This document shows positions 25,384 through 33,463 of a stretch of 33,463 bases of DNA, piece after piece. Source of the stretch: a virus. Lineage: Duplodnaviria; Caudoviricetes. A model generated the notes under the pieces. It was not told the DNA's origin. It saw nothing but the letters and a program-made list of their open reading frames with translations, and made no database searches. Where the stretch lies: positions 1 through 33,463 of the IMG/VR virus record IMGVR_UViG_3300017913_001944. One strand, written 5' to 3'. Each line of letters starts with the position of its first letter. Within the stretch, counting starts at the first letter, position 1. The position numbers and the translations under genes are program-made.

Positions 25384-25938
25384 ATGAGTAAAATTGGTAC
25401 TACAGTACCACAGGTGACTTTCCGTGTTCGAGTACGTGACGAAAGCATCGGTGGAGACAATCCATTCCGTTGGCAGGACTATACAACGGACGACTTTTTC
25501 AAAGGTAAGCGTGTAGTGGTATTTTCACTACCAGGTGCATTTACCCCAACATGTAGCACATACCAGCTACCAGGTTTTGAAAACAATGCACAAGCGTTTT
25601 ATGACAAAGGTGTTGACGACATTTATTGTGTAAGTGTAAATGATAGTTTTGTTATGAACAAATGGGCTCAGCAAGTAGTAGATGGTGGCTTGCAAAATGT
25701 GAAAGTAATTCCAGACGGCAATGCTGAGTTTACTGAAGGCCTAGATATGCTATCATGCTTTACAGCACGTGGCTTTGGTTGCCGTAGCTGGCGATATGCA
25801 ATGGTTGTGGATAACGGAGAAATTACACATTTCTTTGAAGAGCCAGGCCGCCAAGGATGTGAGATTGACAGTGACCCAGAGCGTGACACTGATCCATATA
25901 CAGTAACATCACCGGAGCATGTCCTAGAGGCACTATGA
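25384..25938 (+). CDS. Peroxiredoxin (Prx5 type)
   Basis: LPGAFTPTCS, SVNDSFVM, PDGNAEFT, RSWRYAM; AAGGAG SD. Confidence 0.94.
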   Translation: MSKIGTTVPQVTFRVRVRDESIGGDNPFRWQDYTTDDFFKGKRVVVFSLPGAFTPTCSTYQLPGFENNAQAFYDKGVDDIYCVSVNDSFVMNKWAQQVVDGGLQNVKVIPDGNAEFTEGLDMLSCFTARGFGCRSWRYAMVVDNGEITHFFEEPGRQGCEIDSDPERDTDPYTVTSPEHVLEAL

Positions 25939-27017
25939 TAAACTTTATTCGCGAACACGAATTATCGCTATTAGGGGACGACCCAGTTCGTCCCCATCTT
26001 ACATCAGAATTTCGCACAACTGAAAATCGCAGTGTACTGGTGTTACAGCGAGACAACAAACCAGCTGCAATAGTGTGTGTTGCCTTTACTAATGAAGTAT
26101 CAACCACTGAACAAGAGTTGACTTTATTGGAAGGTAAACCTACAGTAGCAATGTTTTATACTATCTGGAGTTATGCGCCTCGAGCAGGTCGTGACTTACT
26201 GAATGGTGCAGTTGAGTTTATTATGCTGAATATGCCCAGTGTAAAACGGTTTGTTACTCTAAGCCCCAAAACTGAAATGGCACGTAAGTTCCATTTTGGT
26301 AATGGAGCAATTGAATTACAAGAAAACAAGGATACCATTAACTATGAGTATACCCTGCCCACATTGATCTGTACAGCAGGTCCTGGTATGGGGAAAAATG
26401 TTCTTGGCTTTTTTGTAAATCCCGATGCACATGATAGTTTTGAAAAGAACGGCGAATACTTTTATGAGAACAAGTATTGGGACAATTATAAAAAATGTTA
26501 CGCAGAGCATCCGCATTATTTGTTGCGTTTGCATTATCGTAACAAACCAACCCTAAAATCTAGTTTGTATAAACTACAACTCAAAAGACTACAAAAGCAT
26601 CGTATACTTGTTATGTACGATGATCAATATACCAATTGGGGTGGTTTCCTGATGAATTACAAGCACTATGTCAATCAAGAACACTATGACAAATGGAACA
26701 TTCCAGGTCCTAGTCAGCAAAAGATTGAACAACAGTACAATCGTATTGACAAAGATAATCCTCGGGCACGTAAGCATTTAGACTTTATGCTACGGCCGTT
26801 TGTTAAACACGATATTGAACATATCAGTGTAAGTTATCACAAGTTGTTTGTTGATGTAGATGTTGCAGAATGGGAGCGTTTCAAAGAATTCACCAACAGC
26901 GAACTAGAGCTGTCAGAACTAATGAAACGAGCGCACGATTATCATGAAAAAAATATTCAGATCACTGAACAAAAATTTCCAAAAATTAGAGAAAAGCTAC
27001 AAAAGTTGTTGACATAA
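25935..27017 (+). CDS. Two-domain protein: GNAT/malonyl-CoA decarboxylase-like N-domain plus possible P-loop/sulfotransferase-like domain
   Basis: AMFYTIWS...G..L...FVTLSP, then AGPGMGKN and SYHKLF. Confidence 0.55.
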   Translation: MINFIREHELSLLGDDPVRPHLTSEFRTTENRSVLVLQRDNKPAAIVCVAFTNEVSTTEQELTLLEGKPTVAMFYTIWSYAPRAGRDLLNGAVEFIMLNMPSVKRFVTLSPKTEMARKFHFGNGAIELQENKDTINYEYTLPTLICTAGPGMGKNVLGFFVNPDAHDSFEKNGEYFYENKYWDNYKKCYAEHPHYLLRLHYRNKPTLKSSLYKLQLKRLQKHRILVMYDDQYTNWGGFLMNYKHYVNQEHYDKWNIPGPSQQKIEQQYNRIDKDNPRARKHLDFMLRPFVKHDIEHISVSYHKLFVDVDVAEWERFKEFTNSELELSELMKRAHDYHEKNIQITEQKFPKIREKLQKLLT

Positions 27018-27036
27018 TCTTATAGTTTGCTATTAT
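27009..27036 (+). promoter_or_regulatory. Sigma70-type promoter of the tRNA region
   Basis: TTGACA-16 nt-TATTAT with an extended -10 TG. Confidence 0.6.
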
Positions 27037-27060
27037 GGTTATAAGATAAGGAGACAGCAA

Positions 27061-27261
27061 ATGATTACAAGTAGACAAGTTATCAAAATTCTCAAAGACG
27101 AGTTAAAAAAAGATCTAGATGATTCTGCACGTGATGCATTGCGCCGGGTAAAAGATAAGATCGAATTTTTGGAAGAGATTGAATATTTAGAAATGTACAA
27201 GCAACCAAAAACAGAAAAAACATCAGAGGCTCGGAAGAAAGCTGAAGAAATTTTTAAATGA
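27061..27261 (+). CDS. Small charged helical protein
   Basis: AAGGAG SD. Confidence 0.7.
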   Translation: MITSRQVIKILKDELKKDLDDSARDALRRVKDKIEFLEEIEYLEMYKQPKTEKTSEARKKAEEIFK

Positions 27262-27455
27262 CAGATAAAAGTATTGCCGAACTTATTTTTACAATTGAAG
27301 TGTTGACACAAGAGATAGAATATGCTAAAACTTGTTTGCAACCACACGACACTGGACACATTCATACAGCAATTGGTTGGATGACAGAGCGTGTAATGCA
27401 GTTGGAAAATGAAGTAAGGACAATAGAATATTCTGCCCTTAGCTCAGCTGGATAG
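27258..27455 (+). CDS. Small hypothetical protein
   Basis: ATGA overlap; LQPHDTGHIHTAI. 3' end runs into tRNA-Arg. Confidence 0.65.
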   Translation: MTDKSIAELIFTIEVLTQEIEYAKTCLQPHDTGHIHTAIGWMTERVMQLENEVRTIEYSALSSAG

Positions 27456-27509
27456 AGCAGCTGACTTCTAATCAGCAGGTCGAGGGTTCGAATCCTTCAG
27501 GGCAGGCCA
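27433..27509 (+). tRNA. tRNA-Arg(TCT)
   Basis: Acceptor CTGCCCT/AGGGCAG, anticodon arm GCTGA-CTTCTAA-TCAGC, TTCGAAT loop, CCA. Confidence 0.95.
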
Positions 27510-27515
27510 ATAACT

Positions 27516-27605
27516 GGACGGTTGGGTGAGCGGCTGAAACCACCTCCCTGCTAAGGAGGCATACCTTAACGGGTATCGTGGGTTCGAATCCCACACCGTC
27601 CGCCA
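27516..27605 (+). tRNA. tRNA-Ser(GCT)
   Basis: GGACGGT/ACCGTCC, CCTCC-CTGCTAA-GGAGG, long variable arm, discriminator G, CCA. Confidence 0.95.
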
Positions 27606-27618
27606 TAAGGAAAACAAA

Positions 27619-27915
27619 ATGAAGTTTGAAGATATTAAATTTACAGATGCTCCTCAACTTGGTAACAATGCTATTCAGGCATTTATCAAATTTAAAGATA
27701 CTGACTATAAGATGAGTGTGGTAAGGCATGCTGGGTCTTATGGATTTGAGCTTCATAGATATGAACTAGGAGTGTTCAATGGACCAAACATGGTTTCATT
27801 TCCTCCTATCACACTGGAAGATGATCAGGTTAGAGGCTATTTAAAGCCTCATCAGATCTCTAATTATATTGCTAAAATGGGAACAATGCTGGAGGCGGAA
27901 CCCTATCAAGACTAA
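27619..27915 (+). CDS. Hypothetical phage protein
   Basis: AAGGA SD; SVVRHAGSYG...YELGV...DDQVRGYL; lies between tRNA pairs. Confidence 0.75.
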   Translation: MKFEDIKFTDAPQLGNNAIQAFIKFKDTDYKMSVVRHAGSYGFELHRYELGVFNGPNMVSFPPITLEDDQVRGYLKPHQISNYIAKMGTMLEAEPYQD

Positions 27916-27921
27916 GTTTAA

Positions 27922-28005
27922 GCGGACGTGGTGAAATCGGTAAACACAACGGACTTAAAATCCGTCGCTTATGGCTTGAGGGTTCAAGTCCCTCCGTCCG
28001 CACCA
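27922..28005 (+). tRNA. tRNA-Leu(TAA)
   Basis: GCGGACG/CGTCCGC, ACGGA-CTTAAAA-TCCGT, variable arm, CCA. Confidence 0.95.
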
Positions 28006-28009
28006 AATT

Positions 28010-28085
28010 GCTCCTGTAGCTTAACGGTTAAAGCCCCCCGCTCATAACGGGTTGACTGTAGGTTCGAATCCTACCGGGAGCACCA
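28010..28085 (+). tRNA. tRNA with CAT anticodon, probably Ile2 (lysidine) rather than Met
   Basis: GCTCCTG/CGGGAGC, CTCATAA loop, CCA. Paired G1-C72 (not initiator); C4-G69 and C5-G68 as in TilS substrates. Confidence 0.85.
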
Positions 28086-28103
28086 TAAATATAAAGGTAC
28101 TGT

Positions 28104-28325
28104 ATGTTTACTATTGAAACAGAATTTGATCATACCAAAGTAACGGTAATGGATGAGCATACTGGAAAAGAAGACCTGATTATTAGGTTTGCTGATGAAG
28201 GGATATATCTATCACAGTGGAGTGAAAATTTAAATCAACATCAAACGATTTGGATTACAGAACAAATGTTTCAGGAATTTATGTATTCTCTAGATAGCAA
28301 GGACGGTACTTTTATAACCAGATAG
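28104..28325 (+). CDS. Small hypothetical protein
   Basis: TAAATA at 28086-28091 and AAGGT upstream. Confidence 0.7.
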   Translation: MFTIETEFDHTKVTVMDEHTGKEDLIIRFADEGIYLSQWSENLNQHQTIWITEQMFQEFMYSLDSKDGTFITR

Positions 28326-28335
28326 GGGAAACAAT

Positions 28336-28539
28336 ATGAGCCATAGCGTAGAAGATTTTTATAAAAAGGTTGCACTAATGCATGAAAAGTCGATTGAACT
28401 ACATCGAGAACGATATAAAGTTCAGGGCTCATATGATAAGATCGCTTGTCAAGTGTTATTGGATGATATTAGAGCGTTAGCTCTAGAGGTACAGCGTGGA
28501 CTGGTTGATCTAGATATTGACTTTGGAAAGACAAAGTAA
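28336..28539 (+). CDS. Small hypothetical protein
   Basis: AGGGG SD. Confidence 0.65.
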   Translation: MSHSVEDFYKKVALMHEKSIELHRERYKVQGSYDKIACQVLLDDIRALALEVQRGLVDLDIDFGKTK

Positions 28540-28638
28540 GTTCACGATGGGTTGAGGGCCTTGTAGAGGCAGACATTAACAGCGTTCGGTGGGTGCTGGT
28601 TGATGATAAATAATATATGTAGTTAAAGGAGAAGTATA

Positions 28639-28815
28639 ATGATTGATACTATCAAAAATTTTATCAAACTACGTTTAGAAGAAAGAACAACACTTGATGG
28701 TGCTGTTCTTGTTCTTGCAGGTGTAAGCTACCTTATTTTTAAACCAATTGCAGTAATCATGGCTTATGTAGCAATTGCATACGGAGTATACACCTTAGTT
28801 AAAAAGGAAAAATAA
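28639..28815 (+). CDS. 58-aa two-TM protein, holin candidate (not in ORF track)
   Basis: TAAATA at 28607-28612, AAGGAG SD. MIDTIKNFIKLRLEERTTLDGAVLVLAGVSYLIFKPIAVIMAYVAIAYGVYTLVKKEK; ends 1 nt before the amidase. Confidence 0.65.
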   Translation: MIDTIKNFIKLRLEERTTLDGAVLVLAGVSYLIFKPIAVIMAYVAIAYGVYTLVKKEK

Positions 28816-28816
28816 A

Positions 28817-29668
28817 ATGGACTACAAAGTTCAAAACGGTTTGTTGTATTACACAAACACAGCTGGCGATTGGCAGCAAGTAGAATTCTTTCCAACACCA
28901 AATCAAGGCAACAAGATCGAGCCTAAATTCTTAGTTATTCACTTTACTGCTGGCAGAAGTGATGCACGTCAAACAGCAATGTATTTTCAAAAACCAGAAG
29001 CAAAAAGCAGTGCGCATTTGAATTTGGACAAAGACGGCACATTTACACAAAACGTTGAGTTAGATCGCAAAGCATGGCATGCTGGCAAAAGCACATGGGC
29101 TGGTATGACAAATTTAAACAAGCACAGCATTGGGATTGAGGTGTGTAATCCTGGTCCGCTTACTATTACTCGAGGCGGCTACAAAGCATGGTGGGGACAA
29201 ACAATTGACTCACCTGACATCATCGAAGCACCACATCCAAATGATCCCAATGGACCAGTTTATGGCTGGATCCCCTTCACTGAACAACAAGTTAACGCAC
29301 TTATTTCAGTCGGACAGCAACTAATGGCTGAATACAATCTTTGGGAATGTATTGGACATGACATGATTGCTCCAGGACGTAAAACTGATCCAGGTCCATG
29401 TATGAACAATCGTGTGTATGATGCTATTAACGATACAAGAAGCGATCATGGAATTGATTGGGAATGGAAAGTACACCGTGTTAGTGAATATCTAAATGGA
29501 CGCAGTGGTCCTGGCACCAATTATGATGTAGTTTGCCGGTTGCCATTGGACAGCAAAGTTGAAGTAATTCAAAGACAAGGCACATGGTGGTTTGTAGAAA
29601 ACGAAACTGGACAGCAAATCTGGGTACACAGCGGATATCTGTTCAAGAGAAGCACTGCTGATGGCTAG
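28817..29668 (+). CDS. N-acetylmuramoyl-L-alanine amidase (Amidase_2) with C-terminal SH3b domain; endolysin candidate
   Basis: VIHFTA, AWHAG, SIGIE, GHDMI, KTDPG; LNGRSGPGTNY...GTWW...WVHSGYL. Confidence 0.92.
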   Translation: MDYKVQNGLLYYTNTAGDWQQVEFFPTPNQGNKIEPKFLVIHFTAGRSDARQTAMYFQKPEAKSSAHLNLDKDGTFTQNVELDRKAWHAGKSTWAGMTNLNKHSIGIEVCNPGPLTITRGGYKAWWGQTIDSPDIIEAPHPNDPNGPVYGWIPFTEQQVNALISVGQQLMAEYNLWECIGHDMIAPGRKTDPGPCMNNRVYDAINDTRSDHGIDWEWKVHRVSEYLNGRSGPGTNYDVVCRLPLDSKVEVIQRQGTWWFVENETGQQIWVHSGYLFKRSTADG

Positions 29669-31508
29669 TGACCTAAAGCGTTACAATATGCACAGTGATA
29701 CCTGGTGCCCCATTCCATTTGTGGGCATCAGTTTACATCCTACTGGAACTCTTACTCGTTGTATGATGAGTGAAATGGATATGACAGAACGTAATATCCA
29801 GAGTTATGATTGGGATAATGAAAACTTTCAAAAATTACGTGCTGACATGTTGGCAGGCAAATGGGATGAAGACGGTTGTGCCAACTGTCTTATGAAAGAA
29901 AATGCTGGAGTAAAGTCACAGCGACAAAATTGGCTGACTGAAATGAAACGTCATTTTCCAGCTGGCTCTTATGATAATCCTGGATTGATAGACAACACAG
30001 TTAGACACTTGTTTCTAAACTTCAACAATGTGTGTAATTTTAAATGTCGTATGTGTAGCCCACGTTATAGTAATAGTCTTATTCCTGAACACAAGCACAT
30101 GATGAAAAACTCAGCTGGTCCTGATTTAAAATTTAAAGAAGAACAGATAAAAAACATCAACAATGTTATTGAGTTTTTGATGGAGAATAAACATCGCTTG
30201 AAAAACATCACTAGTATATGGGTTACTGGTGGTGAGCCTTTCATGGGCGATACACTGTATGATGTTCAGAAAATATTAAATGAATACGCTAAACCAGAAC
30301 AAATTACCATGAGCATCACAACAAATGGCAGCAAGGTAGATCTAAATAAATTGCAGTCATTTGAAAACTTCAAAATGATCCGCTTGGATTTAAGTATGGA
30401 CATGGTTGGTAAGATGTTTGAATATACACGCAGTGCAGGTGTATTCACATGGGAACAAATGGACAAGTTTGTGGACGATGCTGTTGAGTTTAGAGCTAAA
30501 AACTGGAAATGGTTTAGCCTGGGCATTAACAGCAGTTACCAGATTTTCAATGCTGCATACTTAAAAGACTTTTTTGAATATGCAAATACAAAACTTGGTC
30601 CTGGTCAGATCAATATGCGAGTACTTGTAGGACCACAGTGGTTCCAGGCAAGACATGCTCCTGATAGTGTGAAAAAAGTAGCCAACGAACGTGCGCAAGA
30701 GTTGTTGAAAGCAGAATGGTTAAACAGTAACGATCGTAATATTATCGGAGACTGTTTACGCATGCTTAATAATACACGTGAGGTAGAAAAGTTTAATCAG
30801 TTCAAGCAGCAAACAATTGCACAAGACACTTATAGAAAAGTAGACTTGCGTGATTATGATCCGCTGTTGGGTAACGAAGTATACAGTGTAATGGATCAGG
30901 AAAGCCTAACAGTGCATGACAATTACATATACACTGATTATGCATTTACTCAGCGCAACTTGTCTACAATACATGAACACATGGATCTACACTTCCAAAA
31001 TAATATTCGCAAACGTGGTGTATCCAGGCCAACAGGCAAAAGATCAGATGTCAATGACACTAGACTATTCATTAAGCAGTCAGACAACACAGAAGTATCA
31101 AAAGTGTTTAAAACATTTAATACTGCATATGCCAAAGAGTATTTTTCAAATTTAACTGGTGTAGATTGCACAAAGTCAAAACTAAGAGTTGAACTGGCTT
31201 TTGATCGTCGTGGATTGTGGATTGATCCACATCGTAATATTCCTGAAAAAGCAGTGAGTATGGAGATCTTAATTACTACCAGAGACGATGTGCAGTGGGG
31301 ATCATTTATCTATAACGAAAACAACGAAGTGATTAAACAATTACCTACGCTGCCAAATACTGGATGGTTAACCTGGAGAGGGTCCAACTTTGTACATGGT
31401 ATAGAAAAAGACATAGTTGACGGATTACGCAAAGCCGTTATCATTAGCTATGTTGATGGAGATTGGCAAGACACACACCAACTTTATGATGACGGGATTA
31501 CAACATGA
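29661..31508 (+). CDS. Radical SAM protein with N-terminal twitch/SPASM-like domain, fused to a C-terminal 2OG-Fe(II) oxygenase-like domain
   Basis: WCPIPF...RC...CANC; CNFKCRMC; TGGEPF; TTNGS. C-terminal domain is similar to the next gene. Confidence 0.85.
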   Translation: MASDLKRYNMHSDTWCPIPFVGISLHPTGTLTRCMMSEMDMTERNIQSYDWDNENFQKLRADMLAGKWDEDGCANCLMKENAGVKSQRQNWLTEMKRHFPAGSYDNPGLIDNTVRHLFLNFNNVCNFKCRMCSPRYSNSLIPEHKHMMKNSAGPDLKFKEEQIKNINNVIEFLMENKHRLKNITSIWVTGGEPFMGDTLYDVQKILNEYAKPEQITMSITTNGSKVDLNKLQSFENFKMIRLDLSMDMVGKMFEYTRSAGVFTWEQMDKFVDDAVEFRAKNWKWFSLGINSSYQIFNAAYLKDFFEYANTKLGPGQINMRVLVGPQWFQARHAPDSVKKVANERAQELLKAEWLNSNDRNIIGDCLRMLNNTREVEKFNQFKQQTIAQDTYRKVDLRDYDPLLGNEVYSVMDQESLTVHDNYIYTDYAFTQRNLSTIHEHMDLHFQNNIRKRGVSRPTGKRSDVNDTRLFIKQSDNTEVSKVFKTFNTAYAKEYFSNLTGVDCTKSKLRVELAFDRRGLWIDPHRNIPEKAVSMEILITTRDDVQWGSFIYNENNEVIKQLPTLPNTGWLTWRGSNFVHGIEKDIVDGLRKAVIISYVDGDWQDTHQLYDDGITT

Positions 31509-32074
31509 ATATACAAAAACACACAGAACCAGATACATGGTTTCACGTAATGAATGTGTTCAAGCCAAACGAGCTTGAAGTTATTAAATCGCACTTGCCT
31601 GAGCAAGGATTGGAAATCAACGGCAAACGTGAACATCTTACATCAAGCAGAAGTTTTGTTACTGAAAACAGTAGTCAAGACTTAGTGGATATTTTTGCAC
31701 CCTGGCAGGATCGTGCTGATGAGCTCAGTGATTGGCTGGGCGTAGATTGCAGTAACGGCAGATTGCGTGTAGAACTTATTACTGATGCCGCAGGAATGTT
31801 TCTTGAACCGCATGTAGATATTAAAGAAAAGATTTTTACATTTCAGATTTATCTAGGAAGCGGAGAAGCAGATTGGGGAACAACACTTTACAAGGATTGG
31901 GATACCAAATTTTACACTGTGCCGTTTGTTGACAACACTGGATGGATGACACACTATCAAGCAGACGTAATACACGGTGTGCAAGAACATCGCATTGGTG
32001 GAACTCGCAATAGTTTGATTATCAACTACGTGCAGGGTGATTGGAGAGATACCGATCAATTGTTCTATGGCTAA
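31505..32074 (+). CDS. 2OG-Fe(II) oxygenase
   Basis: LEPHVD (HxD), GTTLY, IHGV, RNSLIINYV. Confidence 0.82.
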   Translation: MNIQKHTEPDTWFHVMNVFKPNELEVIKSHLPEQGLEINGKREHLTSSRSFVTENSSQDLVDIFAPWQDRADELSDWLGVDCSNGRLRVELITDAAGMFLEPHVDIKEKIFTFQIYLGSGEADWGTTLYKDWDTKFYTVPFVDNTGWMTHYQADVIHGVQEHRIGGTRNSLIINYVQGDWRDTDQLFYG

Positions 32075-32258
32075 AGATCCCTGGTTTGATGACATTGGAT
32101 TTAATCCAGAAACTCACGCATTTATTTCAATCACAAATCGCTCTCCAAGTGGACGTTGGGAAAGCGATGATCTTTTAGTAGTAACCAAACTGGAAGCCGT
32201 TGCTCTTAAACTACAGTACGGTAAAGATTTTGATGATCTAACCGATCTTGTGGAATAA
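32067..32258 (+). CDS. Small hypothetical protein
   Basis: Overlapping start MAKDPWF. Confidence 0.55.
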   Translation: MAKDPWFDDIGFNPETHAFISITNRSPSGRWESDDLLVVTKLEAVALKLQYGKDFDDLTDLVE

Positions 32259-32285
32259 CTGCACACAAAAACTCTTGGACTTATC

Positions 32286-32293
32286 TATAAATA
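32286..32293 (+). promoter_or_regulatory. T4-type late promoter TATAAATA
   Basis: Exact consensus upstream of the AGGAGG SD. Confidence 0.65.
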
Positions 32294-32320
32294 TTATTGA
32301 TAAACTAGGAGGGGTTGTCC

Positions 32321-33325
32321 ATGACATTTAAGGATGTTCCTCAAGACGGTTATGAGAGAGTTATACACGTCGAGGATAAAGAATCAGGTTTAGATGCTTA
32401 TATAGCATTACACAGTACAAAGCTAGGACCAGCAATCGGTGGAATTAGATTGTACGCATACGAAAACGAACAACAACAAATTACAGATGCTCTAAGATTG
32501 AGCGAGGGCATGACATTCAAAAACGCCGCCGCCGGGCTTGATCACGGTGGAGCCAAAACGACGGTAAACCTAAACAAAATTAAAGACCGAACTGCCGCTT
32601 TCCAATATCTTGGTAAAGCGGTTAATCTTCTGGACGGCAAGTATATTTGTGCAGGCGATGTTGGTACAACAACTGAGGATTTATTCCGTGTAAATGACAG
32701 AACCAGTTATGTAGCTGGAATCACACTGGACAGTTCAAAACCAACAGCATTGGGAGTTTACACAAGTATTGATGCACTTCTGGAATTTAACGGCAAGAGA
32801 ATTAGCGAGTGTAGCTTTACTATTGAGGGCATGGGCAAAGTTGGTAAAAAACTTGCTGATTGTCTAATGGCACGTGGTGGCGATGTAAGAGCTTATGATC
32901 CATATGACGCAGTATTCAAACAGTATGACAACAGTCAGTTTGATATTACACAAATAAGTGCTTCTGATGTACTAACTGATGACAGCGATATGTATGTGCC
33001 GTGTGCATTGGGCGCAACGCTCAATATGAGATCTCTAAACACAATGACACAAAAACTCGTAGTGGGCAGTGCAAACAACCAGTTTGCAACCAGAGCTGAT
33101 ATTGCAACGGCGCATCAACTGGGTATACAATATGTTCCAGACTTCATTGCCAATTGCGGTGGGGTTGTAGCAGTGGCATATGATTTCATGAAACAAAATC
33201 CAAATACATTTTTAACTGAAGTACTTAGAAATCGTATTACAGTTATGTTGGCTGATGCGAAAAGAGAAAATATCTCTGTACAACTGGTAGCAGAAAGAAT
33301 TGCAAATCGCCGATTAAATGGTTGA
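32321..33325 (+). CDS. Leu/Phe/Val dehydrogenase (ELFV family)
   Basis: LGPAIGGIR, GMTFKNA, GGAK, GDVGT, GMGKVG, PCALG, GSANNQ, PDFIANCGG. Confidence 0.93.
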   Translation: MTFKDVPQDGYERVIHVEDKESGLDAYIALHSTKLGPAIGGIRLYAYENEQQQITDALRLSEGMTFKNAAAGLDHGGAKTTVNLNKIKDRTAAFQYLGKAVNLLDGKYICAGDVGTTTEDLFRVNDRTSYVAGITLDSSKPTALGVYTSIDALLEFNGKRISECSFTIEGMGKVGKKLADCLMARGGDVRAYDPYDAVFKQYDNSQFDITQISASDVLTDDSDMYVPCALGATLNMRSLNTMTQKLVVGSANNQFATRADIATAHQLGIQYVPDFIANCGGVVAVAYDFMKQNPNTFLTEVLRNRITVMLADAKRENISVQLVAERIANRRLNG

Positions 33326-33388
33326 CAAATGATATAAAATAATATACCCTATAACGTATAAAGTACAAATATACGCTGGAGGGCATAA

Positions 33389-33463
33389 ATGAGTATGCAT
33401 TTGGTGGGTCCTTATATGACCACGACAAATTACAAGAAGCGCAAACAAAAAGGCATGACTAAA
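33389..33463 (+). CDS. Hypothetical protein, 3'-truncated by the window edge
   Basis: GGAGG SD; MSMHLVGPYMTTTNYKKRKQKGMTK is open to the end. Confidence 0.65.
   Translation, partial: MSMHLVGPYMTTTNYKKRKQKGMTK

Noticed and set aside
27039-27756. Minus-strand ORFs 27039..27365 and 27472..27756
   Set aside because: Antisense shadows of real genes and tRNAs. The same reasoning applies to the other overlapping alternative-frame ORFs in the track.
28010-28085. Initiator tRNA-fMet
   Set aside because: It has a paired G1-C72 and lacks the three consecutive G-C pairs of the initiator anticodon stem.
1-33463. Bacterial chromosome segment (clpP, clpX, infC, rpsU, kdsAB, guaC)
   Set aside because: Gene order is unlike bacterial operons (no tig/lon, no rpmI-rplT after infC), and T4-type late boxes and many small phage-like ORFs are interspersed.
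1-33463. CRISPR array, IS element, intron/intein or alternative genetic code
   Set aside because: No repeat-spacer array, transposase or interrupted conserved gene was seen by eye. TAG and TGA end recognisable full-length genes.

Overview
This is a segment of a large, AT-rich, lytic T4-like/jumbo bacteriophage genome, not a cellular chromosome. Genes are densely packed, many are short hypotheticals, T4-type late promoter boxes (TATAAATA/TAAATA) coexist with host sigma70-type promoters, and four tRNAs carry encoded CCA ends. The standard genetic code is used. The host is probably an aquatic alphaproteobacterium (inferred from DUF1127, a ROSE-like element and a PhaR-like box). The window is mostly an auxiliary/host-takeover region. 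It encodes a proteostasis and translation module (ClpP, a variant ClpX, ClpS, Hsp20, IF3, ribosomal protein bS21), metabolic genes (Fpr, GuaC, KdsA/KdsB, TagD-like, Leu/Phe/Val dehydrogenase, peroxiredoxin), four radical SAM enzymes and three 2OG-Fe(II) oxygenase domains. It also has a probable virion surface protein, a holin-like gene with an amidase, and a minus-strand block at 22132-25314. The most notable observations are: five genes with TAAATA-N5-ATG geometry implying leaderless late mRNAs; a multi-hairpin leader with a PhaR-like operator ahead of a DUF1127 operon; a ROSE-like thermometer ahead of a small gene upstream of hsp20; a structured RNA starting exactly at a predicted late +1; a ClpX with altered ssrA-recognition loops; and a catalytically dead T4-type DNA ligase. 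All family assignments come from reading motifs by eye; no database search or folding program was run.
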